Origin: an uncultured Novosphingobium sp.
GTDB taxonomy: Bacteria; Pseudomonadota; Alphaproteobacteria; Sphingomonadales; Sphingomonadaceae
Assembly: GCA_964630805.1 (NCBI GenBank)
Contig: CAZVWP010000008.1
Coordinates: 31,721-95,720 of the forward strand
Direction of reading: 5' to 3'
DNA: 64,000 nucleotides
The position numbers and the translations under genes were made by a program. Each line of letters starts with the position of its first letter. The first letter of the stretch is position 1. Below, piece after piece: positions 28,278 through 38,708 of the stretch. The notes under the pieces are model-generated. The model worked only from the letters and a program-made list of their open reading frames with translations, searched no databases and had not been told where the DNA came from.

Positions 28278-29060
28278 ATGGCCACCTTCGCACTCCCCAA
28301 GAACAGCACGATCAGCAAGAAGGGCAACGTCCACAAGGCGCAAGGCGCGGCCCGGGTGAAGAAGTTCACGGTCTATCGCTACGATCCCGACTCCGGCGAG
28401 AATCCCCGCTACGACACCTTCGAGATCGATCTCGACAACTGTGGCCCGATGGTGCTCGACGCTCTCATCAAGATGAAGAGCGAGCAGGACCCGACTCTAA
28501 CCTTCCGCCGCTCCTGCCGCGAGGGTATCTGCGGCTCCTGCGCGATGAACATGAATGGGCGCAATGGCCTTGCCTGCACCACCGCGATCGAGGACCTGAA
28601 GGGCGATATCCGCATCACCCCGCTGCCGCACATGGAAGTGATCAAGGACCTCGTTCCCGACTTCACCCACTTCTACGCGCAGTACGCCAGCATCCGCCCC
28701 TGGCTGCAGACCGTCAGCACCACGCCCTCAGGCAAGGAGCGGCTGCAGAGTCCCGAACAGCGCGAGAAGCTGGACGGACTCTACGAGTGCATCCTGTGCG
28801 CCTGCTGCTCCACCTCGTGCCCGAGCTACTGGTGGAACAGCGACAAGTTCCTCGGCCCGGCAATCCTGCTCCAGGCTTACCGCTGGCTGGCCGATAGCCG
28901 CGACGAGATGACCGGCGAGCGGCTCGACGAGCTGGAAGATCCCTTCCGCCTTTATCGCTGCCACACGATCATGAACTGCGCCAACGTCTGCCCCAAGGGC
29001 CTGTCGCCGGCGCGCGCCATAGCCGAGATCAAGAAGATGCAGGCGGAGCGCGCGATCTGA
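28278..29060 (+). CDS. sdhB: Succinate dehydrogenase iron-sulfur subunit
   Basis: [32 protein letters not shown] and [13 protein letters not shown]. Confidence 0.98.
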   Translation: MATFALPKNSTISKKGNVHKAQGAARVKKFTVYRYDPDSGENPRYDTFEIDLDNCGPMVLDALIKMKSEQDPTLTFRRSCREGICGSCAMNMNGRNGLACTTAIEDLKGDIRITPLPHMEVIKDLVPDFTHFYAQYASIRPWLQTVSTTPSGKERLQSPEQREKLDGLYECILCACCSTSCPSYWWNSDKFLGPAILLQAYRWLADSRDEMTGERLDELEDPFRLYRCHTIMNCANVCPKGLSPARAIAEIKKMQAERAI

Positions 29061-29085
29061 GGTAACTCGGCGTCTGGCGTCAGCC

Positions 29086-29553
29086 ATGGCCCACGACTTT
29101 CCCCTCACCAATTTCGCCTGCGAGCCGGATCCGGAAAACCCGGGCTGGCTGCGCTGGCGCATCATCGATGCCACCCGGTTCAACGAAGCGGTCCTGGGCA
29201 AGCAGCTGGTGCGCAAGGAAAGCGAGACTACGGCGCGGGTGCGGATCCAGCCGCAATCGCCGCTGCACACCAATTCGGCCAACAATGTCCACGGCGCGAT
29301 CACCCTTGCGCTGATCGACATCTCGCTGTTCGCCGGGGCCTATGTGCTGGGTGGGCTCGATGCCGGCAAATCGGTGACGCTCGACATGCAGACCCAGTTC
29401 ATCGGCGCGGGCGATCCCTCGCGGCCACTGGATAGCGTGGTAGAAGTATTGCGCGAGACCGGCCGGCTGGTTTTCCTGCGCGGACTGGTGGTGCAGGATC
29501 AGGACATCGTCGCCTCCTTCACCGCGACCATTCGCAAGCCCTCCCAGCGATGA
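29086..29553 (+). CDS. PaaI family thioesterase
   Basis: N.ANNVHGA.TLALID hotdog motif; VLRETGRLVFLRG. Confidence 0.88.
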   Translation: MAHDFPLTNFACEPDPENPGWLRWRIIDATRFNEAVLGKQLVRKESETTARVRIQPQSPLHTNSANNVHGAITLALIDISLFAGAYVLGGLDAGKSVTLDMQTQFIGAGDPSRPLDSVVEVLRETGRLVFLRGLVVQDQDIVASFTATIRKPSQR

Positions 29554-30659
29554 TCAACCGCTACGAAATGCTGATCGCCACCGGCGAACTGCGGCCCGAT
29601 CCGGAGCAGGCCGCGGCGGTAGAACGGCTCGACGCCCTGCAAACCGCGCTGGAAGCGACATCCTCGTCGCGCAGCCTGCTTACCAGGATCTTCAACCGCA
29701 AGGAGCCCGGCCCGCGCGGGGTCTATCTCTGGGGCGGCGTCGGACGCGGCAAGTCCATGCTGATGGACCTGTTCCATGAAACCCTTAACATCCGCCGCAA
29801 GCGCCGCGTCCATTTCCATGAATTCATGCTTGAGGTCCATGCGCGGCTGCGGGAAGAGCGCAAGAAGGAAGCCGGCGATCCGATTGCCCCGGTCGCGGCC
29901 CATTTCGGCGAACAACTGCGCTGCCTCGCCTTTGACGAGATGGTGGTAAACAACAGCGCGGATGCCATGATCATGAGCCGCCTGTTCACCGCCCTCATCG
30001 TCGATCACGGCGTGACCATCGTCACCACCTCCAACCGCGCACCGAACCAGCTTTACAAGGACGGGCTCAACCGCGAACACTTCCTGCCCTTTATCGACCT
30101 GATCGAACGCGAGCTCGATGTTCTGCCGCTCAACGGGCCGGTCGATTACCGGCTGCAGCGCCTTGCGGGCATCGGCACTTGGCACACGCCGCTCGGCGAT
30201 GCCGCCACCGCCCAGGTCCGCGAGGCATTCTTCCGCCTGACCGACTACTCGCCCGAGGACCAGGACCACGTCCCCTCGGCCGAGCTGGACCTTGGCGGCG
30301 GCCGCAAGTTGCACGTACCCAAGAGCCTCAAGGGCGTGGGCGTGTTCAGCTTCAAGAAACTCTGCGCCGAGGCGCGGGGCGCGGCGGATTATCTCGCCAT
30401 CGCCCATGCCTATCACACCGTCGTGCTAGTCGGCATCCCGCGCATGGGCCCGGATAACCGCAACGAGGCCCAGCGTTTCATCACGCTGATCGACGCGCTC
30501 TACGAGAACAAGGTGAAGCTCTTCGCCACCGCATCGGCCGAGCCGGAGGAACTCTACAACCAGGGCGGCGACGGCAGCTTCGAGTTCGAGCGGACGGTGA
30601 GCCGGCTCAAGGAAATGCAGAGCGCGGACTACATGGCGCTGGGCCACGGCGAGGAATAG
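29550..30659 (+). CDS. zapE: Cell division ATPase ZapE (AFG1 family)
   Basis: GVYLWGGVGRGKSMLMD, FDEM, TSNRAP..LYKDGLNR and FERTVSRL.EM. Confidence 0.95.
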   Translation: MINRYEMLIATGELRPDPEQAAAVERLDALQTALEATSSSRSLLTRIFNRKEPGPRGVYLWGGVGRGKSMLMDLFHETLNIRRKRRVHFHEFMLEVHARLREERKKEAGDPIAPVAAHFGEQLRCLAFDEMVVNNSADAMIMSRLFTALIVDHGVTIVTTSNRAPNQLYKDGLNREHFLPFIDLIERELDVLPLNGPVDYRLQRLAGIGTWHTPLGDAATAQVREAFFRLTDYSPEDQDHVPSAELDLGGGRKLHVPKSLKGVGVFSFKKLCAEARGAADYLAIAHAYHTVVLVGIPRMGPDNRNEAQRFITLIDALYENKVKLFATASAEPEELYNQGGDGSFEFERTVSRLKEMQSADYMALGHGEE

Positions 30660-30700
30660 GATCGCCATTCCGACTCACGGAAAAGGGGAGGGAAGAGGCA

Positions 30701-31060
30701 GTGAAGAAATTCCTGTTCGCATTGCCGTTGCCGTTCTGCGCAGCCGCGCCGGCTCATGCCACCGGCGGCTTCTTTTGCGAGACGCGGGGCGCCGCAACGC
30801 CCATATCCGTCAGCATAACCTACACCCACACCACCGGCGGCGGACTGGTCGGAGCCACCCTCACCGATGGGGACAAGGAGATCCCCACGGAAAAGGCCCA
30901 GTGGTGGCTGGATGGCACCGAACTGCGCCTGTTGCTTACCGATCCCGACCTCGAGCGCGAGGAAGTCGAGATCAGAGCCCGTGGCCGCAGCGAAGTCATG
31001 GTCGGCACCCTGAAGCGCGGCGGCAAGGCCTATCGCGTGCGCTGCGAGGAAAGCGGCTGA
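30701..31060 (+). CDS. Hypothetical secreted protein
   Basis: Signal peptide ending in AHA, TGGFFC...C pair, good RBS. Confidence 0.7.
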   Translation: MKKFLFALPLPFCAAAPAHATGGFFCETRGAATPISVSITYTHTTGGGLVGATLTDGDKEIPTEKAQWWLDGTELRLLLTDPDLEREEVEIRARGRSEVMVGTLKRGGKAYRVRCEESG

Positions 31061-31124
31061 CACGGCAGACCGGAACGTCCGCTGTCCGAAGCGGACCCGC
31101 GCAGGTGACGAAAGGCTGACGGAC

Positions 31125-33269
31125 GTGAAGAAGTACATCGGGGCTTGGTCACTGGCGCTCGCCGCCGTGCCGCTACTGCCCGCCCTCCCGGCGCGGGCCG
31201 AGACTGGCGCACCAAGCTCCGGCGAAACCGCCGACGCCATCGTCGTCACGGCGCGTCGCCTCGACGAAGCGCGCGACTTTATCCAGCCGGCAACCGGGGC
31301 CAGCATCTATCGGTTGGACCGTGACGCATTGACCGCCCAGCCCGGCAGCATTGACCGCAGCCTCAAGGCAACGCTGCTCCAGGCGGCCGGAGTCAGCCAG
31401 GATTCCGACAGCGACGGCGACATCCACATCCGCAACGAACACGCAGGCATCCAGTTCCGCCTGAACGGCATCACCGTGCCCACCAGCTTCGCGGGCTTCG
31501 GTGCCCCGGTCGATGTCCGCATCGCCAGTTCGATCGAGGTGCTGACCGGGGCCCTGCCCGCGCAATATGGCCTCCAGACGAGCGGCATCGTCTCAATGCG
31601 CACCATGCCCGCCGAACTCGGCATCGGCGGCGACATCGGCATCCGCGGCGGCGGCAACGGGACCATCCAGCCCAGCGCGACGCTGCACGGCACGGCCGGC
31701 AACATAAGTTATTTTCTGTCGGGCAGCTTCCTGCAAAGCGACCTCGGCCTTGCAGCGCCGGTGCCGGACAAGAAGGTGCTGCACGACCGGACACGGCAAT
31801 GGCGCGGGTTCGGCCACATGTCCTGGCTGCTGGACGAGAGTAGCCGCATATCGGCCTTGGGCAGCCTGTCATCCGGCTGGTTCCAGATCCCCAACACGCC
31901 CGGGCAGGAACCCGAATTCGAACTGGAGAACCGCGACAGCTTCGATTCCGCCCTGCTCGACCAGAACCAGCGCAACCGGTCGCACTTCGCCGTACTCGCC
32001 TATCAGTATTCCGGCGAGGCCTTCGACGTGCAGGTAGCGCCCTATTTCCGGTACGCGCGCGCGCGCTACACGCCGGATCCGGCCGGCGGGCTCCTTATCT
32101 TCAACGGTGCCGACACCGATCTCACCCAGGCCAGCCGGGCCTGGGGCGTGCAGGCCGACGCCAGCCTGAAGCTGGGCGAACGCCACGTCCTGCGCTTTGG
32201 CGCGCATTTCCAGCACGACCGCACCCGCAGCATCAGCATCAACCGCGTGTTCGCCGTGGACCATGAGGGCGAGCAGGAAGACGACGATCCGATCGTCATC
32301 CCGCTCGATCAGTCGCTCACCGGGAGGACCTACAGCGTCTATCTCCAGCACGAATGGAACCTGGGCGAGCGCATGACGCTCAACTACGGCCTGCGCTACG
32401 ACAGGTTCGAAGGCGCAATTGACGAGGACCAGGTCTCGCCGCGCGTGGCGCTGGTCTGGAAGCCGGGGCTGAAGACCATCGTCCACGCGGCCTATGCCCG
32501 TTATTTCACTCCGCCGCCGATCGAGCTCATGGTCGACCGGACGCTTGGCCAGTTTGCCGGCACCACCGGCGCCGCGCCGACGCAGGCGGGCGATCCGGTG
32601 CGCGCCCAGCGCGACCACGTCTTCGACATCGGCGTCCAGCAGGGCATCGGCAACCTGAGCCTGAGCGCCGGCGCCTATTACAAGATTCAGCGCAACCTGC
32701 TCGATCTCGAGCAGTTCGGCGGCTCGCTGATCCAATCGCCCTACAATTTCGAGCGGGCCAAGTCCTGGGGCGTCAAGCTGGCCGCAAGCTACCGCCGCGG
32801 CCCGCTGTCGCTCTACCTGAATGTCGCGCGCGGCGACCAGAAGGGGCGGCGGATCGTCTCCAACCAATTCTTCTTCGAACCCGACGAGTTGGAATACATC
32901 GCCGAAAACGAGATCTTCACCGACCATTCGCAAAGCTGGACCGTGTCGGTCGGCGGCTCGGTCAGCCTGACAAACAGGCTGGGCAACTTGCAGGCGAGCT
33001 TCGATCTCATCCAAGGCAGCGGCCTGCGCGCCGGTGAAGTGCAGGACCTGCTTCCCAATTCGACGACCCAGGAGAGCTATGTCCAGGTCAACCTCGGGCT
33101 CTCCCAGAGCTTCGGCGGCGATCCGAGCAGGGGCCTCTCGCTACGCCTCGACGTCGTCAACCTGTTCGACCGGGCCTATCTGATCCACGATGGCCAGGGT
33201 GTCGGTTCCAACCAGCCGGAGTGGGGCCCCCGGCGGGCCATCTTCATGGGTGTGCGCAAGACCTTCTGA
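31125..33269 (+). CDS. TonB-dependent receptor
   Basis: Signal peptide, DAIVVTA TonB-box-like segment, plug IEVLTG.LPAQYG, GLRYD, NLFD.Y, C-terminal F. Confidence 0.93.
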   Translation: MKKYIGAWSLALAAVPLLPALPARAETGAPSSGETADAIVVTARRLDEARDFIQPATGASIYRLDRDALTAQPGSIDRSLKATLLQAAGVSQDSDSDGDIHIRNEHAGIQFRLNGITVPTSFAGFGAPVDVRIASSIEVLTGALPAQYGLQTSGIVSMRTMPAELGIGGDIGIRGGGNGTIQPSATLHGTAGNISYFLSGSFLQSDLGLAAPVPDKKVLHDRTRQWRGFGHMSWLLDESSRISALGSLSSGWFQIPNTPGQEPEFELENRDSFDSALLDQNQRNRSHFAVLAYQYSGEAFDVQVAPYFRYARARYTPDPAGGLLIFNGADTDLTQASRAWGVQADASLKLGERHVLRFGAHFQHDRTRSISINRVFAVDHEGEQEDDDPIVIPLDQSLTGRTYSVYLQHEWNLGERMTLNYGLRYDRFEGAIDEDQVSPRVALVWKPGLKTIVHAAYARYFTPPPIELMVDRTLGQFAGTTGAAPTQAGDPVRAQRDHVFDIGVQQGIGNLSLSAGAYYKIQRNLLDLEQFGGSLIQSPYNFERAKSWGVKLAASYRRGPLSLYLNVARGDQKGRRIVSNQFFFEPDELEYIAENEIFTDHSQSWTVSVGGSVSLTNRLGNLQASFDLIQGSGLRAGEVQDLLPNSTTQESYVQVNLGLSQSFGGDPSRGLSLRLDVVNLFDRAYLIHDGQGVGSNQPEWGPRRAIFMGVRKTF

Positions 33270-33346
33270 AGCCATTGAACATCCCGCAGCCCGCACCATC
33301 TAACTTCCATTCCGGCGGCAACACCCCGCCGAGGTGGATATCCGAC

Positions 33347-34045
33347 ATGATCGAACTACGTCCCTTCTCCGGGCTGGGCCATGCCAACCATGGCTGGCTC
33401 GACGCGCACCACCATTTCAGCTTCGCCGGCTACCACGATCCGGCGCGCATGGGCTGGGGCCAGATCCGCGTGTGGAACGACGACGCCATCGCCCCGGGAA
33501 CCGGCTTCGACCCCCATCCCCACAACGATATGGAAATTGTCACCTATGTCCGCACCGGGGCAATCACCCATCGCGACAGCCTGGGCAACGAAGGCCGTAC
33601 CGAAGCTGGTGACGTGCAGGTCATGAGTGCCGGCACCGGCATCGTCCACTCCGAGTACAACCGGGAAGACGAGCAGACCACGCTGTTCCAGATTTGGATC
33701 AGGCCCAACCAGGCCGGTGACCCGCCATCATGGGGTCAGCGCCAGTTCCCGCGCGGCGACCGCTCGAACCGCTGGGAAGTGGTGGCGAGCGGCGAGCCGG
33801 AAAAGGACGGCGCCCTGCCGATCCGCACCGATGCAAAGATCCTCGCCGCAAACCTGCATCAGGGACACTCCGCCACCTGGACCACCGACCCGTCGCGGCA
33901 TCTCTACCTGGTGGTCGCCAGCGGCCATGCGAAGGTCAATGGCGTGGAATTGGAACCCCGCGACGGTCTTGCAATCACCGGCGAAAGCTCGGTGACGGTG
34001 GAAGCCCTGAAGGATACGGACGTGGTAATGGTCGACAGCCGCTAG
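33347..34045 (+). CDS. Pirin family protein (YhhW-like)
   Basis: HGWL..HHFSFA.Y.DP, GFDPHPHNDMEIVTYV, QVMSAGTGI.HSE and FQIW. Confidence 0.95.
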   Translation: MIELRPFSGLGHANHGWLDAHHHFSFAGYHDPARMGWGQIRVWNDDAIAPGTGFDPHPHNDMEIVTYVRTGAITHRDSLGNEGRTEAGDVQVMSAGTGIVHSEYNREDEQTTLFQIWIRPNQAGDPPSWGQRQFPRGDRSNRWEVVASGEPEKDGALPIRTDAKILAANLHQGHSATWTTDPSRHLYLVVASGHAKVNGVELEPRDGLAITGESSVTVEALKDTDVVMVDSR

Positions 34046-34061
34046 GGCATCGGCACCTTGC

Positions 34062-35033
34062 CTAGGACGCCTTGGCCAGCCGCTGCTGCGCGCTGGCCAG
34101 ACGGTGCATCAGCTTGAGATCCTGATCGCTCAACTGCAGGGCGGAATCGGCCCAGAGATCGACAATCTCATAGAACTCGGACATCCGGATCGGCGCCGCG
34201 GCGCGCATGGCCCGGCGCGAGCCGACCACGCCGACGTGCCGGCGCGAGGACGAGGCGATGAATTCCCGCACTGCGGCCACGCCCTGCCCCGGCTCCGCGA
34301 GCCGGTGGACGATACCCAGATCGTACATCTGCTCGGCCGAATAGGTTTCATCCGAGAGGATCATGCGGTCGGCCATGGCGGTGCCCAGCTTACGCGAAAG
34401 CAGCGGGTGCGCCCCCATGCCCGGGAACAGGCCGAACTTGATTTCGGGCAGGCCGAACGACGAACCACGCTCGGCAATGATGAAGTCGAAAGACAACAGG
34501 GCCTCGAATCCGCCGCCCAGCGCCTGGCCCTGGACCAGGCCGATGGTAGACATCGGCAGGTCAAGCGCGCGGATATTGCGGTCGAGGATTTCGACGCAGC
34601 GCCGACCGTATTCTACCAGCCCATCGCGGTTGCCGTCGCGGATCAGCTTGGCGAACAATTCCAGATCGCCACCGAAGCAGAACACGCCCGGGGCGCGGCT
34701 GCCGAGGATCAGGTAATTCAGGGGCACTCGCCCGGGACCGAAACCCTGTCCGATCAGCTTTTGCCAGCTTTCGAAATCGCCCAGCATCGGCTGCGTAAAA
34801 CTGGGCCGGCCGATAGGCCGCATGAAAGTCCACAGCGCGCGATGATCGACGTCGTAAAGCACGTCGAGTTCCGTCAGCTTGAACAATTCTTCCGGAATAG
34901 CGAGCCGTTCATTCGAACGACACAAAAACAATTCTTCATCGCTGTTCAAAGCCATAGCCGGGCCGTCGAGCTGCTGCTCGGTATCATCCCGTCGATCAAG
35001 ACCGCCCGATAGCCGATCCACAAAAACCCCCAT
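34062..35033 (-). CDS. rpfF: RpfF-like DSF synthase (crotonase superfamily); alternative start at 34955
   Basis: W.FM...RPSF, GVFCFGGDLELF..LIR..NRD.L..Y...CV, LVQGQALGGGFE and GLPEI.F.LFPGMGA, typical of RpfF/DfsA. Confidence 0.8.
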   Translation of the reverse strand: MGVFVDRLSGGLDRRDDTEQQLDGPAMALNSDEELFLCRSNERLAIPEELFKLTELDVLYDVDHRALWTFMRPIGRPSFTQPMLGDFESWQKLIGQGFGPGRVPLNYLILGSRAPGVFCFGGDLELFAKLIRDGNRDGLVEYGRRCVEILDRNIRALDLPMSTIGLVQGQALGGGFEALLSFDFIIAERGSSFGLPEIKFGLFPGMGAHPLLSRKLGTAMADRMILSDETYSAEQMYDLGIVHRLAEPGQGVAAVREFIASSSRRHVGVVGSRRAMRAAAPIRMSEFYEIVDLWADSALQLSDQDLKLMHRLASAQQRLAKAS

Positions 35034-35231
35034 TTAGCGACCCGCCGCCTGCCTTATCAGGCACTTATAGCGACGAATGGGCAAATTATGGGAAGTCCCG
35101 GGAGTTGGCAAAGGAAAAATCGTTAACTTGCGGCAAACCGAGTCTTAATTCGGTTCACCCGAACGCAGGGACGAATGAATTTCATCGCCAAATATGTAAT
35201 GATGCGAGGTTGGCCTTATTTCGGGACCGCC

Positions 35232-37130
35232 TCACCCGGCAATCCCCAGACGGGCCAGCGACTTGTCCAGCATCAGCATCTGCCAGAGCAGGCGCGAATG
35301 GTCGAAGCGGCCGGAAATGTGCTCTTCCGTTATGGCTCCCAGCCGCTTCGCATCGAACCAGCCCGTCCGGGCGAGCGCCCCGCTGCCGGCAATGTCCCGC
35401 GCCGCCGAAGCCAGGGGACCGCGGAACCATTGCGCGATAGGGGTGACGAAACCCTGTTTGGGCCGAAACAGGATATCGTCCGGCAGGTAGCGCCGCATGG
35501 TGCGCTTCATCAGCCACTTGCCTTGCCGGCCATGCACCCTGAGGTTTTCGGGCAGGGTTGCCGCGAATTCGATCAACCGATGGTCGAGCAATGGCTCGCG
35601 CGCCTCCAGGCTGACAGCCATGCTGGTGCGATCGACCTTGGTGAGGATGTCCCCGGGCAGCCAGAACTTGAGATCGGCATATTGCGCCCGGTCGAGCCCC
35701 GAGCGCGCCGGCGCCGCCTCCATCAGCGCGACCAACTCCTGTTCCGCCCGGTAATCGCCGCGCAAGGCCAGGAATTGCGCTGAATAGAGCCCCTCGCGCA
35801 GGGCCGCCCCCGTCACCGACAGTGCCGAGGCATAGGCCTGCGCGCTGGTCCCGGCCAGGGAGAGCAGCGTCGTCTTCGCTCGCAGGGGGCGCGGTGCCCA
35901 GTCGGCCTTGGGCCAGATCCGCCCCAGCGTGCCGAAGACAGGCTCGCGGAACGATCCCGGCAGCCAGTCGCGGACGCCATCCTCCCTGTGCTGGAAGACA
36001 TGGCGACGATAGCCTGCGAAAGCCTCGTCCGCCCCGTCGCCCGACAGCGCCACCGTCACCGTCTCGCGCGCAAGCTGGCAGACGCGCCAGGTCGGCAGGG
36101 CGGATGCATCGGCGAATGGCTCGTCGAACATCGCTGCAAGCTCATCGACATGCTCGAAATCGTCGGGCGAGACCACGCGGCTGTGATGCTCCGTTCCGAA
36201 CCGCTCGGCCACCTGACGCGCATAGTCGCTCTCATCGAGCGCGGCGACGTCGAAGCCGATGGAGCAGGTCTTGACCGGACTGCCGCTTGCCTCGGCCATC
36301 AGGGCGACGACCGACGAGCTGTCCACTCCGCCCGAAAGGAATGCCCCCAGCGGCACGTCCGCCACCATCCGCGAGGTCACCGCTTCGCGCAGCAGGTGGA
36401 GCAACTCGGCCCCAAGGTCATCGGGCTTGCCTCGCCGCCGCTCGGCGAAGGACACGTCCCACCAGCGCGAAGGCGCGGGCATCGGAGCATCGTGGCGCAG
36501 CAGCAGCGAGTGCCCGGCGGGCAGCTTGCTCACCCCCTTGAGGATCGAGCGGCTGTCCGGCACGTAGCCCCAGGTCAGGTAGTCCTCGATGGCCAGCGGA
36601 TCTGCCTCGCGCCGCAGCAGCGGGTGGGCGGTCAGCGCCTTCAGCTCCGAGGCGAAGGCCAGGCTGCCGTCGCTCAGCGGGGCAAGGAACAGCGGCTTCA
36701 CCCCCAGCCGGTCGCGGGCAAGGAACAGGCAGCGCCGGTCGAGATCGTAGATCGCGAAGGCAAACATGCCGTGCAGCCGCGACAGGAAGTCTTCGCCCCA
36801 CTGCTGCCAGGCGGCGAGGATCACCTCGGTATCGCCTTCGGTATAGAACCGCGCGCCGAGCATCGTCAGGTCGGCGCGCAGCTCCCGGAAATTGTAGATC
36901 TCGCCGTTGAACACGATCATCGACCGGCCGTCGCTTGACAGCATCGGCTGCGGCGAGCCGCCGACATCGATTATCGAGAGCCGCCGATGGCCCAGCCCCA
37001 CTCCCGGCGCGGTCCAGACGCCCTGCCCGTCGGGCCCCCGGTGGGCCATGGCATCGCACATGCGCTCAAGCCTGGCGGGATCGACAGGCTTGGGCGTGTT
37101 CAGATGGAAAATCCCGGCAATTCCGCACAT
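35232..37130 (-). CDS. Asparagine synthase-like amidotransferase, XrtA/PEP-CTERM system
   Basis: MCGIAG, HRGPDG, FLSGGVDSS and KVDRTSMAVSLEAR; located in the exosortase locus. Confidence 0.93.
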   Translation of the reverse strand: MCGIAGIFHLNTPKPVDPARLERMCDAMAHRGPDGQGVWTAPGVGLGHRRLSIIDVGGSPQPMLSSDGRSMIVFNGEIYNFRELRADLTMLGARFYTEGDTEVILAAWQQWGEDFLSRLHGMFAFAIYDLDRRCLFLARDRLGVKPLFLAPLSDGSLAFASELKALTAHPLLRREADPLAIEDYLTWGYVPDSRSILKGVSKLPAGHSLLLRHDAPMPAPSRWWDVSFAERRRGKPDDLGAELLHLLREAVTSRMVADVPLGAFLSGGVDSSSVVALMAEASGSPVKTCSIGFDVAALDESDYARQVAERFGTEHHSRVVSPDDFEHVDELAAMFDEPFADASALPTWRVCQLARETVTVALSGDGADEAFAGYRRHVFQHREDGVRDWLPGSFREPVFGTLGRIWPKADWAPRPLRAKTTLLSLAGTSAQAYASALSVTGAALREGLYSAQFLALRGDYRAEQELVALMEAAPARSGLDRAQYADLKFWLPGDILTKVDRTSMAVSLEAREPLLDHRLIEFAATLPENLRVHGRQGKWLMKRTMRRYLPDDILFRPKQGFVTPIAQWFRGPLASAARDIAGSGALARTGWFDAKRLGAITEEHISGRFDHSRLLWQMLMLDKSLARLGIAG

Positions 37131-37142
37131 TGGACCGGGCCG

Positions 37143-38708
37143 TTACCCGATGCCTGCGATGCGGTCCATCCACGCGCCCGGGGCGCCTGTGGACCGGCGA
37201 AACAAGTCGATCGATTCTGCCGCCCCCGGCTGCCCTGCCCGCTCCTCGGCGGACAGAATCAGCATCATGGTAGGCCGCGCGCGCAGCAGCAGCCGGTCCG
37301 TCATGTTGGCCAGCTTGAGCCGGGCGTTGCTGCCGGTGGTCAGATCGTCGGTGCGGTACCAGGTCAGTGCAAGGCGCTCCAGTCTACCCACCGCCATCAG
37401 CCGGTCGCTCTTCGCTCCATCAGCCTCGGGTCCCGGCGAATGCCACTGCCACGGACTATTCGGGATCAGCGCTCCCTCGCCGAAGCCCCCGGCCTCCTTG
37501 CCTTCGCCCTGCGAGGCATAAAGCGCCAGGAAAACGTCGACCCGGTGGCCCTTGTCATCGGCATAGCTGCCCAGCAGCCTGTGCTCGGCCCCTTGCGCGC
37601 GCGGCTCCCAGGGCGCTTGCGGGCGATAGTCGACGCGGTGCCAGCCAGGGACCTCGGGCAGGAATATCTGCCTGGGCAAGGTTGCAACAAGCGAATTGGC
37701 GGCCATGGCCCAGGCTTGCCCGGCAAGGGCAATCCCGGCAAGACAGCTCAGTGCCATGGTCGGCCGAATGCGCCACGCTGCCAGTGCCGCCAGACGAGGC
37801 GAGGCATTGATCGCTTCTAGATCGATCATCGCATCGTCGCGCGGCCGGTCGAAGAAGCGCCATGCCATGGCCATGGTCAGGACGATGACCACGGCGAAGA
37901 ACACCCAGCCATAGATCAGGTGGTCGATGCCGGTCGCCTTGTCCGCGCCGACGAACTGGGCCATGTACACCGTGCCCCAGGCGCGCACGCCATTGGCCAG
38001 GACCGGCACGGCAATGCTCAATGCCATGAAGCCCGCCCGCCGCCACCAGCTCTTGAAGCAGACATTGGCGGCCAGCGCGCCAAAGGCCACCATGGCGACG
38101 AGGAACTTGATGCCGGAACAGGCCTCGGCAACCTGGAACAGCCCGGCGGGGGTATCGATGAACACGCCATCGATCTTCGCCGCCATGCCGGACAAGTGGA
38201 CCAGCGCAATTGTCAGCCGCGCCGTCACCATCTGCATCGGCGCGACCAGTTCCTCGCCGAAAGGGACGAGGAACAGCATGTAGCCGAGTGGAAAGGCCAG
38301 CCCTGCCCCAATGCGCGGGCCCAGAAGGACAAGAACCGAGCCGATCAGCATCAGCACCGTGCCCAGCTCGCGCGCTAGGCTCAGACCGGAAAAGGCCCCG
38401 AGCACCCAGAGCAGCGCGGCGCCGGCAAAAGGAACCAGTCCCGGCCACCAGGCCTGCGGCTCGATCCGGGCCAGTTCGCCGGCCCGCTGGTGGACCAGCC
38501 AGACAAGGATCAGCGGGACCAGCAGGATGTGGTTGAAGGTCGAGCTGTTCCACCACTGGTCGGCCATGGCCGCCCAATCGGGAAAGGTCAGCGCGAAAAT
38601 GCCCAGCCAGGCGAGGGCCAGCAGGCGCAGCGGCCCAATCCAGGCGGGCGCCAGCTTCCAGCCCTTCATTGGATGGCGCAGCCCGTGGAGAGCGGCCTCA
38701 AGCTGCAT
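37143..38708 (-). CDS. xrtA: Exosortase A with EpsI domain
   Basis: WWNSSTFNH.LLVP, VAEACSG, NGVRA and DHLIYGW (Cys/Arg/His catalytic set); C-terminal EpsI domain. Confidence 0.95.
   Translation of the reverse strand: MQLEAALHGLRHPMKGWKLAPAWIGPLRLLALAWLGIFALTFPDWAAMADQWWNSSTFNHILLVPLILVWLVHQRAGELARIEPQAWWPGLVPFAGAALLWVLGAFSGLSLARELGTVLMLIGSVLVLLGPRIGAGLAFPLGYMLFLVPFGEELVAPMQMVTARLTIALVHLSGMAAKIDGVFIDTPAGLFQVAEACSGIKFLVAMVAFGALAANVCFKSWWRRAGFMALSIAVPVLANGVRAWGTVYMAQFVGADKATGIDHLIYGWVFFAVVIVLTMAMAWRFFDRPRDDAMIDLEAINASPRLAALAAWRIRPTMALSCLAGIALAGQAWAMAANSLVATLPRQIFLPEVPGWHRVDYRPQAPWEPRAQGAEHRLLGSYADDKGHRVDVFLALYASQGEGKEAGGFGEGALIPNSPWQWHSPGPEADGAKSDRLMAVGRLERLALTWYRTDDLTTGSNARLKLANMTDRLLLRARPTMMLILSAEERAGQPGAAESIDLFRRSTGAPGAWMDRIAGIG

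Noticed and set aside
28278-29060. sdhB separated from sdhCDA
   Set aside because: As far as I recall, sdhB-PaaI-zapE apart from sdhA is common in sphingomonads, so it is not treated as novel
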